The notes beneath the pieces are model-generated. The model did not search any database. It was not told the origin of the DNA and saw only the letters and a program-made list of their open reading frames with translations. This document shows, one piece after another, positions 6,771 to 13,852 of a DNA stretch of 13,852 nt. Source of the stretch: Candidatus Methylomirabilota bacterium. Its GTDB lineage: Bacteria > Methylomirabilota > Methylomirabilia > Rokubacteriales > CSP1-6. The translations under genes were made by a program, and so were the position numbers. The stretch spans positions 1-13,852 of the forward strand of contig JBKPAK010000047.1 of the NCBI GenBank assembly GCA_046726415.1, in the 5' to 3' direction. Every line of letters begins with the position of its first letter. Positions within the stretch are counted from its first letter, which is position 1.

Positions 6771-9146
6771 ATGACCGTGATCCTGCTGCTCTACGCGGCG
6801 ACCTTGTTCGTGGGGGCCACCTTGCTGTTCGCGGTTCAGCCAATGGTCGGCAAGATGATCCTGCCCCTCCTCGGCGGCACCCCGGCCGTGTGGAGCACCT
6901 GCATGGTGTTCTTCCAGGCCGCGCTGCTGGGCGGCTACGCCTACGCCCATGCCACCACGGCCTGGCTGGGCGCCTCCCGGCAGGCGATCCTGCACCTCGC
7001 GATGCTGGCGGTGCCGCTGGGCGTATTGCCGCTCGTCGTGAACCCCGCCCTTCTGCGCGGCGGGGAGTCCAACCCGGTCCTGGATGTGCTCATCGTCCTC
7101 TCGGTGTCGGTGGGCCTGCCCTTCCTCGTGGTCAGCGCCACCAACCCGATGCTCCAGAGGTGGTTCACCCATACCGGCCACCCGGCCGCACGCGACCCCT
7201 ACTTCCTCTACGCGGCGAGCAACCTCGGGAGCATGCTGGCTCTACTCGGCTATCCCACCCTCATCGAGCCGCGACTGCACGTCAGGAGCTATGGCTGGTT
7301 GTCGCAGGCGCAGCTCTGGAGCCTGGGCTATATCGTGTTGGCCGTCCTGATCGTGCTGTGCGCGCTGATCCTCTGGCGCAGCCCTCCGGCGGCCGGCGCG
7401 GCGGTCCTCGAGGTGACGGCCTTGCCCTCGTCGCCCGGCGGAGGGCCGGTCAGCGCGGACGGTTCGAGCGCGTGGCCGCGGCGGGATGGCGCGCGCAGCG
7501 ATGCCCTCTCGGTGGGCCGCCGTCTGCGCTGGGTGGTCCTGGCCTTCGTGCCGTCGAGCCTCCTCCTCGGCGCGACGACATTCATCACGACCGACATCGC
7601 CGCCGTCCCTCTGCTATGGGTGCTCCCGCTCGCCATCTATCTCCTGAGCTTCATTGTCGCCTTCGGCCACTGGCCGGCCCGCTTCCATCGGATGGTGGTG
7701 GCGGTCATGCGGCCCCTGGTCCTCGTGGTGATCTTCCTCATGGTCTCTGGCTTCCGCCAGCGCATGTGGGTGACCGTGCTGTGGCACTTCTTGGCCCTTC
7801 TGGTGGTCGCGCTCGCCTGCCACGGAGAGCTGGCCCTCGATCGCCCGTCGCCCCGTCGCCTCACCGAGTTCTATCTGCTGATTTCGGTGGGGGGGGTGCT
7901 GGGCGGGTTCTTTAACGCCCTCGTGGCCCCGGCCATCTTCAGCGCACTCGTGGAGTACCCGCTAGCCATGGCGGCCGCGTGCGTCCTATCGAGCCGTCGC
8001 CGTCTGGCCCGCGACACGACGGGCCGCGCCCTGCTCCTGGACGTGGCGCTCCCCTTCGGGGTGATCGCGCTGGCGCTCGTCCTCTACTCCAAGTCCATCG
8101 CCGTTCGCGTCGACTTGGCCTCTCTCACCCGCGTGCTCGGCATCCCATCCGAGTGGGCCACGAAATGGCTGACGCCGGTCGAGGGGCCGCTGAGCGCGAT
8201 CCTCGTGTTCGGTCCGCCGCTGGTGGCCGCGTTCTTCCTGAGGCACCGGCCGGCCGCGCTGGCCCTCGCCCTGGTGGGCGTGCTGGTGGTGGCCGAGTTC
8301 GTCAATGCCCGGAACGGCGACCGAATCCATCAGGCGCGGAGCTTCTTCGGCGTCCTGGAAGTCACCCGCGACCGCGATAAGGAGGGCTATACCGAGTTGC
8401 GCCACGGCACGACCCTGCACGGCCGTCAGAGTCGCGATCCCAAGCGCCAGGGCGAGCCGCTCTCCTACTACCACCGTGCGGGGCCCGTCGGACAGATCTT
8501 CGCCGAGCTGGATCGACGGGACGGCGCCCGCCGCGTGGCGGTGATCGGGCTCGGCACCGGAACCCTGGCCGCCTACGCGCGGCTCGGTGACGCCATGACC
8601 TTCTATGAGATCGACCGACTCGTTCGGGACATTGCCTCCGACCGCACGTACTTCACGTACTTCGCCGACGCGCGCGATCGAGGGGCGACCTTGCGGGTGG
8701 AGCTGGGGGATGCCCGCGTCCGCCTGGAGGCCGTGAAACGAGACCGGCCGGGAGAGCGGTATGACGTGATCGTCGTCGATGCGTTCACTTCGGACGCTAT
8801 CCCCGTGCATCTGCTCACGCGGGAAGCCCTGCGACTCTATCTCGAGATGCTGGCGCCGGACGGGCTGCTCGCGCTCCACCTCTCCAACCGCTACCTCGAT
8901 CTCGAGCCGGTGGTGGCGAACCTCGCCGAGGACGCCGGCCTCCGTGGGCGGCTGCTCCAGCACGACGAGTCCGCGGAAACAGAGGGCGCCTCCGCATCGA
9001 CGTGGGCCGTGCTGGCCAGGACGCCCCAGGCGTTGGGAAACCTCGCCCGCGACCACCGCTGGACCACCGCGAAGCTCGAGAGCAACCCCCGGGTAAGCGC
9101 GTGGACTGACGACTTTCACAACCTGCTGTCCGTCTTCAAATGGTGA
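6771..9146 (+). CDS. Fused multi-TM membrane domain / spermidine synthase-like SAM-dependent transferase
   Basis: N-terminal hydrophobic helices ('LLFAVQPMVGKMILPLLGGTPAVWSTCMVFFQ', 'DPYFLYAASNLGS'). C-terminal class I SAM-fold motifs 'VAVIGLGTGTLA', 'FYEID', 'GDAR', 'YDVIVVDAFTSDAIPVHLLT' and 'WTDDFHNL'. GAGGGG RBS before ATG 6771; an alternative GTG lies at 6765. Confidence 0.9.
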   Translation: MTVILLLYAATLFVGATLLFAVQPMVGKMILPLLGGTPAVWSTCMVFFQAALLGGYAYAHATTAWLGASRQAILHLAMLAVPLGVLPLVVNPALLRGGESNPVLDVLIVLSVSVGLPFLVVSATNPMLQRWFTHTGHPAARDPYFLYAASNLGSMLALLGYPTLIEPRLHVRSYGWLSQAQLWSLGYIVLAVLIVLCALILWRSPPAAGAAVLEVTALPSSPGGGPVSADGSSAWPRRDGARSDALSVGRRLRWVVLAFVPSSLLLGATTFITTDIAAVPLLWVLPLAIYLLSFIVAFGHWPARFHRMVVAVMRPLVLVVIFLMVSGFRQRMWVTVLWHFLALLVVALACHGELALDRPSPRRLTEFYLLISVGGVLGGFFNALVAPAIFSALVEYPLAMAAACVLSSRRRLARDTTGRALLLDVALPFGVIALALVLYSKSIAVRVDLASLTRVLGIPSEWATKWLTPVEGPLSAILVFGPPLVAAFFLRHRPAALALALVGVLVVAEFVNARNGDRIHQARSFFGVLEVTRDRDKEGYTELRHGTTLHGRQSRDPKRQGEPLSYYHRAGPVGQIFAELDRRDGARRVAVIGLGTGTLAAYARLGDAMTFYEIDRLVRDIASDRTYFTYFADARDRGATLRVELGDARVRLEAVKRDRPGERYDVIVVDAFTSDAIPVHLLTREALRLYLEMLAPDGLLALHLSNRYLDLEPVVANLAEDAGLRGRLLQHDESAETEGASASTWAVLARTPQALGNLARDHRWTTAKLESNPRVSAWTDDFHNLLSVFKW

Positions 9147-9156
9147 CCACCGATGT

Positions 9157-10068
9157 TCAGCGTTGGAGCACCCGCAACCGCGGGTCGAGCGCGTCGCGGA
9201 GGCCATCGCCGAGAAGGTTCAGACTCAGGCTGGCCACGGTGAGGGCGAGACCCGGAAAGAGACACACCCAGAAAGCCTCGCGGATGACGTTCTTGCCACT
9301 GGCGATGACGTTCCCCCATGACGGCACGTACGGGGGAACGCCCACCCCGAGGAAGCCCAGGATCGCCTCGGCCAGCACGGCGTACGCGAAGATGAACGTC
9401 CCCTGGACCAGCAGGGGCGCCATGCAGTTCGGCAGAATGTGGCGGACGGCAATGCCGAGGTCGGGTCGGCCTAGGGCCCGGGCCGCCTGCACATAGTCGA
9501 GCTCCCGCACGCTCAGGACGGTGCTCCGGATCAGCAACGCCGTCCGCGGGGTGTAGACGATGGACAGGGCGAAGATCACGTTCCAGACGCCGGGACCGCG
9601 CGCCGCCATGAACGCGATGGCGAGGATGATCGCCGGAAAGGCCATGAGGCCATCGGTGACGCGCATGACGAGGAGGTCGAGCCGCCGGTAGTATCCGGCC
9701 ACGAGACCGATCACCACGCCGCCGAAGGACGTGAGCACCATGGTGATGCCACCAACCAGCAGCGACACCCGGCTGCCGAAGAGAACCAAGCTGTAGACAT
9801 CGCGGCCAAACTCGTCGGTGCCGAAGTAGTTCGCGGCGCTTGGCGGCTTGAGGCGGCTGGCCGGATTGAGTCGCGTCGGGCTGTGAGTCGCGGCCACCGG
9901 TGCGAGGATGGCGGCGAGCAGGAAGAGCACGAAGATCGCGCCACCTCCGAGGACGTTTCGATTCCTGAGCAGGCGGCCGAGCCACCGCGTCCGGACCTGC
10001 TCCGGCGCCCCCACCCCGAGCGCGGTCGCGACGGCCGCGGCCGACCGGGTCGATGCCGCCTCAGTCAT
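9157..10068 (-). CDS. Peptide/nickel ABC transporter permease (DppC/OppC family)
   Basis: Motifs 'YFGTDEFGRDVYS', 'YVQAARALG', 'RHILPNC', 'LGFLGVGVPPYVPSWG' and 'LNLLGDGLRDALDPR'. Overlaps the upstream permease by 8 nt. Confidence 0.95.
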   Translation of the reverse strand: MTEAASTRSAAAVATALGVGAPEQVRTRWLGRLLRNRNVLGGGAIFVLFLLAAILAPVAATHSPTRLNPASRLKPPSAANYFGTDEFGRDVYSLVLFGSRVSLLVGGITMVLTSFGGVVIGLVAGYYRRLDLLVMRVTDGLMAFPAIILAIAFMAARGPGVWNVIFALSIVYTPRTALLIRSTVLSVRELDYVQAARALGRPDLGIAVRHILPNCMAPLLVQGTFIFAYAVLAEAILGFLGVGVPPYVPSWGNVIASGKNVIREAFWVCLFPGLALTVASLSLNLLGDGLRDALDPRLRVLQR

Positions 10069-11005
10069 AGCGGATCCTCGGATCGATGAGGACGTAGACC
10101 ATGTCCACGGCGAGGTTGATGAGCACGTAAGCCGCGGCGGTCACCAGGACCACGCCCTGGACCACAGGGTAGTCGCGCCGCAGGATCGCCGAGATGACGA
10201 GTCGCCCGAGCCCCGGAATGTTGAACACGATTTCGGTCACCACCGCGCCGCCGATGAGGATCGCCATCGTGATGCCGATCACCGTGACCACCGGCACCAG
10301 CGCGTTCCGGAACGCGTGGCCGTACACGACGGCGCGCTCGCGCAGCCCCTTGGCGCGGGCCGTCCGGATGTAGTCCTGCTGGAGGACTTCCAGCATGCAC
10401 GAGCGCGCGATCCGCGCGATGAGGGCCGACTGGTTGAAGCCGAGAGAGAGCGCCGGCAGCACCATGAAGCGGAGGGCCGCGGCGGGATCGACGAACACCG
10501 ACGCGTAGCCCGCCGCCGGCAGCCAGCCCAGGCGCACCGCGAAGAGGTAGATGAAGTTGAGGCTCAGCCAGAAGCCGGGGATGCACACGCCGAGCAGCGC
10601 TCCCATCATGAGCGTTCGGTCCCACAGGGAGCCGGGCTTGGCGCCGGCCACGATTCCGGATGGCACCCCGATGGCGACGGCGACCAGGAGGGCCGACAGG
10701 GTCAAGAGCAACGTCGGCTCGGCACGGTCCCGGAGCACTTGAGTGACGGGACGGTCGAGAAAGTAGGAGCGCCCGAGGTCACCCTGGAGCACGCGTCCGT
10801 AGAACCTCAGGAGCTGCTCGTGGAGCGGTCTATCGAGCCCAAGCTGTCGCCGGGTCGCCTCGATCTGGGCCGTGGTGGCGTCCGGGCCGAGCATGGCGCT
10901 CGCGGGGTCGCCCGGGATGAGATGGATCAGGAAGAACACGACGGTGACGACCACCGCCATCACTGGGAGCACGGCGAGGATCCGACGGACGAAATAGGTC
11001 GTCAT
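10061..11005 (-). CDS. Peptide/nickel ABC transporter permease (DppB/OppB family)
   Basis: Motifs 'HLIPGDPA', 'LGLDRPL', 'GDLGRSY', 'DYIRTARAKGL', 'HAFRNAL', 'RRDYPVVQG' and 'IDPRIRYD'. Confidence 0.95.
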   Translation of the reverse strand: MTTYFVRRILAVLPVMAVVVTVVFFLIHLIPGDPASAMLGPDATTAQIEATRRQLGLDRPLHEQLLRFYGRVLQGDLGRSYFLDRPVTQVLRDRAEPTLLLTLSALLVAVAIGVPSGIVAGAKPGSLWDRTLMMGALLGVCIPGFWLSLNFIYLFAVRLGWLPAAGYASVFVDPAAALRFMVLPALSLGFNQSALIARIARSCMLEVLQQDYIRTARAKGLRERAVVYGHAFRNALVPVVTVIGITMAILIGGAVVTEIVFNIPGLGRLVISAILRRDYPVVQGVVLVTAAAYVLINLAVDMVYVLIDPRIRYD

Positions 11006-11144
11006 GTGAGATGGAGGCCCCGATCAGGCCCTCCGAGTTCCGCGGCGCTCGTCAGCCCGGCCACGCCGGAGCACTCCTGGATTCCCAGGCCTCGTGCCTT
11101 CCTCGAGAAGGTCGCCGTGAGGCCCGGGCGGGCAACCGTGGCGG

Positions 11145-12716
11145 CTACTTCTCGAGCCAGACGCCCCAGAAGCGGGGGCGCTCCACCTTGTCGTTGAACC
11201 CCTTGACGTGCTTGCGCGCGGCCCTGAGCCCAAAGAGGTCGCCGTAGCGCGCCACCGGGACTTTCTCGTAGAAGAGCTTGGTCTGCTGCTCCCACAGCGC
11301 GTAGCGCTTCTTGGGGTCGGTCTCCCGCGCGAGCTGGGCGCCGATGGTCAAGATGTCCTCGTCGGAGGTCCAACCCGGCCAGTTCGGCGTGAGGTAGATG
11401 TGGTGGGTTGGGTCGAAGAAGTTCCCCATCCCGGTGGTGAAGACATCGTATTCCTTGGGCTGAACCCGGCGCTGGCCGAGCGTCGACCAGTCCATCACCT
11501 GAAGATCGATGGTGAAGCCGACGTCCTCGAGCTGTTGCTTGGTGACCAGCGCGAAGTCGTACATCCACTTGTACTCCTGCGTGGTCATGAACCGGATGGG
11601 CTGGCCAGTGTAGCCGGCCTCCTTGAGCAGGCGCTTGGCCTTGTCCTTGTTCCGCTCGTTCCAGGGCAGACCGGCGATCTTGGTGTGCCAGGTGGGCAGT
11701 TCCTGGAAGGCCAGGCTCGAGTCCATGCGGTAGAACTCGGATTTGCCGCCGGCCACGGTCTTCATGATCGGCTCGATGTCGAGCGCCGCCTGCCACGCCT
11801 GGCGGAGCTTCTGGTTCGTCATCAGGCCTTCCTTCTTGTTGAAGACCGCCACGAGCCAATAGTACGGCCTCACGATGATGGGCTGTACGTTGGCGTTGGC
11901 CTTGAGCCGGTCGTAGGCATCGGCCACCAGGTCGTCGGCGAAATCGAGATCGCCCGACTCCACCTGCGCCGCCCGGCTTGCCGCGTCCGGCACCGGGATC
12001 CAGCGGAGCTCGTCCACATAGGCTATCTTGGCGCCGCCGTAGCCACTGCGCGGCTCACTTAGGGGCTTGTAGTCGTCGTAGCGAGCCATGCGGATGTACT
12101 GGTCGGGCTTCCACTCGGTGAGCTTGAACGGTCCCGTCCCGATGAACTCGCTGACGCGCTGGTCGGGCGGAAACTTCTCGGCGACCTCCTTCGGGTAGAT
12201 GGCGCCGAAGTTGTTGGGGACGGCCAGCGAGATCACGACGATGGCCGACTTCTCTTTGAGCTTGAACTGGACGGTGTGCTTGTCGGTCGCCTTGAAGTCG
12301 GCGACCTGCGCAAAGAGCGCCTTGCCGTACACCGAGCGCTGGCTCCAGCGCTTGATCGAGGCGACGACATCGTCCGAGGTCATCTCCTTGCCGTTGTGGA
12401 ACTTGACGCCTTGGCGGAGCTTGATGGTATAGGTGAGGCCATCTGGGCTCACCTGCGGCAAACTCTCGGCCAGCATTGGGGTGGGCCGGTAGCTGGCGTC
12501 GAGGCTGTAGAGGCCTTCGTAGATGTGATTCGTCAGGACCTCGGTGATGGTCTGGGTCCCCCAATGAGGGTCGAGGGAGGGCGGCTCGCCGAGGTTGCCG
12601 ATCTTGAGCACGCCGCCCTTCTTCTGCGCGTAGACGTCGCTCGCCGCGCCGGCCACCGCCAGGGCCACCGCGACCACTCCCGCCACGATTACATACCGGC
12701 CACGCTTGCCGTCCAT
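11145..12716 (-). CDS. ABC transporter substrate-binding protein, family 5 (DppA/OppA-like), Sec signal peptide
   Basis: GGAGG RBS and signal peptide ending 'VYA'. Motifs 'KKGGVLKIG...PPSLDP', 'YTIKLRQGVKFHNGKEMTSDDVVASI', 'IGTGPFKL' and 'KAKRLLKEAGY'. Confidence 0.95.
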   Translation of the reverse strand: MDGKRGRYVIVAGVVAVALAVAGAASDVYAQKKGGVLKIGNLGEPPSLDPHWGTQTITEVLTNHIYEGLYSLDASYRPTPMLAESLPQVSPDGLTYTIKLRQGVKFHNGKEMTSDDVVASIKRWSQRSVYGKALFAQVADFKATDKHTVQFKLKEKSAIVVISLAVPNNFGAIYPKEVAEKFPPDQRVSEFIGTGPFKLTEWKPDQYIRMARYDDYKPLSEPRSGYGGAKIAYVDELRWIPVPDAASRAAQVESGDLDFADDLVADAYDRLKANANVQPIIVRPYYWLVAVFNKKEGLMTNQKLRQAWQAALDIEPIMKTVAGGKSEFYRMDSSLAFQELPTWHTKIAGLPWNERNKDKAKRLLKEAGYTGQPIRFMTTQEYKWMYDFALVTKQQLEDVGFTIDLQVMDWSTLGQRRVQPKEYDVFTTGMGNFFDPTHHIYLTPNWPGWTSDEDILTIGAQLARETDPKKRYALWEQQTKLFYEKVPVARYGDLFGLRAARKHVKGFNDKVERPRFWGVWLEK

Positions 12717-12880
12717 GGTGATCCTCCGTCGCTCACGTCATCGAGAGAAGCGCTCGGCGTCTGGTCGGCCTCGATGCCGCGGCGCGCGGGCGCGGGCCCC
12801 CATGGTCAGGCAGCGCTCCACGACCGTCAAGCGGATTCACGCGGCGCGAACCCCCCGGGGTGGGCCGGCGGGCGCGGTCT

Positions 12881-13531
12881 CTAGGGAGGCGGCGGGATTC
12901 GGCCTACCACGTGACTGCCGGACACGCTGCCCGGCATCGGTTTCAGCACCACGATTTCAGACTGGCTTGGCACGAACCCGGTCAAGGACCGAACCGTCAA
13001 ACCGTGAGTCACGAGCACAAGCGTGCCCGGCCCCCGCCAATTGGCAACCATCTCCTTCAGTGCCCGAAGCGCGGCGGGGGCATTTGGGTTTCTGTCGGTC
13101 GCCGGAACGAGAGCCTCCGAACTCTCCACCTCGCCGGCGGCCATCAGGCGGGCCGTGTCCAGGCAGCGGCACCAGGGGGAGGACCGGATGCGATCCACGC
13201 GCACCCCGCGGGAGCGCAAAGCCTCGCCGAGCGCCTTGGCCTGTGCGCGTCCCAGCTCATCCAGGTTCCGCTGCGTCGTGCAGTCGTCGACCTTGAAGCC
13301 GGGCGGGTCGCCGCCCTGGCCGGGTGACGTGCCCGGTGCGTTGCCATGGCGAATCAGGGCCACATGGCCACCCGCGACGAGCGCGCCCCAGGCTTCCGTG
13401 GCATCCTGGGCGGCGCCAGCCGGCGTGATGGTCAACGACACGGCGAGAGCGGCGAGGGCGAGCCGAGCGCGTCGGCGGGCAATGCCGAGATCAATCATGA
13501 CGCGCCCTGGGGCAATGCCGAGATCGATCAT
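12881..13531 (-). CDS. Exported histidine phosphatase family protein (RHG motif; Ais/SixA-like branch)
   Basis: Motifs 'ALIRHG', 'DPPGFKVDDCTTQRNL', 'GRAQA', 'SSPWCRCLDTA' and 'LVLVTHG', preceded by signal-like 'RRRARLALAALAVSLTITPAGAA'. Start chosen at ATG 13531 (GAGGG upstream); an alternative ATG lies at 13498. Confidence 0.85.
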   Translation of the reverse strand: MIDLGIAPGRVMIDLGIARRRARLALAALAVSLTITPAGAAQDATEAWGALVAGGHVALIRHGNAPGTSPGQGGDPPGFKVDDCTTQRNLDELGRAQAKALGEALRSRGVRVDRIRSSPWCRCLDTARLMAAGEVESSEALVPATDRNPNAPAALRALKEMVANWRGPGTLVLVTHGLTVRSLTGFVPSQSEIVVLKPMPGSVSGSHVVGRIPPPP

Positions 13532-13536
13532 GACGC
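13477..13536. repeat. Direct repeat, 2 x 27 bp (1 mismatch), 33-bp period, duplicating the phosphatase start
   Basis: gggcaatgccgagatcaatcatgacgc (13477-13503) versus gggcaatgccgagatcgatcatgacgc (13510-13536). It encodes MIDLGIA twice in frame. Confidence 0.9.
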
Positions 13537-13607
13537 CCTCGCGTCCGCGGCTATTCATCCGCGTTACCACCATCGATTTGCTGGCTGTTTCAACCAATAC
13601 CGGAGGC

Positions 13608-13650
13608 CACGTCCGGCATAGGGTTCCTGCCGAAACCGGGGCCGGACGTG
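13608..13650. repeat. Inverted repeat / hairpin upstream of phosphatase gene
   Basis: CACGTCCGGC (13608-13617) and GCCGGACGTG (13641-13650) are perfect 10-bp arms. The minus strand has an inner GGTTTC-GGCA-GGAACC stem. Confidence 0.6.
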
Positions 13651-13852
13651 CATATGAGCGTGCATCGCCATCTGTCCGCCCACCACCCCGCAATTCCACC
13701 CACATTGTACCCATCGGGATGATGGTGCTCATCCATCCACGCTTTCACGTGTCCGAGGAGGGCAGTGGGTTGTCGCCGGGGGGTTGACCGACCGCCGGGT
13801 TCTCGTCTAACGTCGAGCCGTCATGACTACGCGGCGGTCCGCGTCGCTCACG

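Noticed and set aside
11006-11144. Short inverted repeats between SBP and permease genes
   Set aside because: The stems are only 5-7 bp in GC-rich DNA. At most they are an ordinary mRNA-stabilising structure after an SBP gene.
670-12884. Many long overlapping or antisense ORFs (e.g. 670-1839, 2261-3268, 5244-6413, 7986-9206, 9908-11197)
   Set aside because: These are shadow ORFs expected from high GC3 codon bias. They have no recognisable motifs and overlap well-supported genes.
13532-13732. N-terminal 67-aa extension of the phosphatase ORF
   Set aside because: It precedes the signal peptide, has atypical composition, and overlaps promoter- and hairpin-like sequence.
13807-13851. Possible 3' end of a minus-strand gene (VSDADRRVVMTARR*)
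   Set aside because: Only 14 codons are visible at the window edge, so it cannot be supported.
1-13852. CRISPR arrays, tRNA/rRNA genes, transposases/integrases
   Set aside because: I saw no regularly spaced repeat array, cloverleaf or recombinase motifs. The only direct repeat has two copies and lies in coding sequence.

Overview
GC-rich bacterial window. The lineage is not determinable; ATPase-less family-5 ABC modules and the gene style are reminiscent of Rokubacteria/Methylomirabilota, which is inference only. Contents: two Dpp/Opp-type peptide ABC modules without ATPase genes in view, an amidohydrolase_2 gene, an SDR oxidoreductase broken by an internal frameshifting deletion, a type-2 isoleucyl-tRNA synthetase (ileS2), a divergent membrane-fused spermidine-synthase-like gene and an exported histidine phosphatase. 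The most interesting element is the ileS2 locus. The enzyme has a non-canonical GVHH motif in place of HIGH, a class linked to mupirocin hyper-resistance. Its unannotated 190-nt leader has a sigma70-like promoter, a leaderless 14-codon uORF (MSRIRPSVIGRETP, Ile codons ATT and ATA) and mutually exclusive 1:2/2:3/3:4(/4:5) helices. This is the geometry of a ribosome-mediated attenuator that could sense Ile-tRNA shortage, rather than a T-box.
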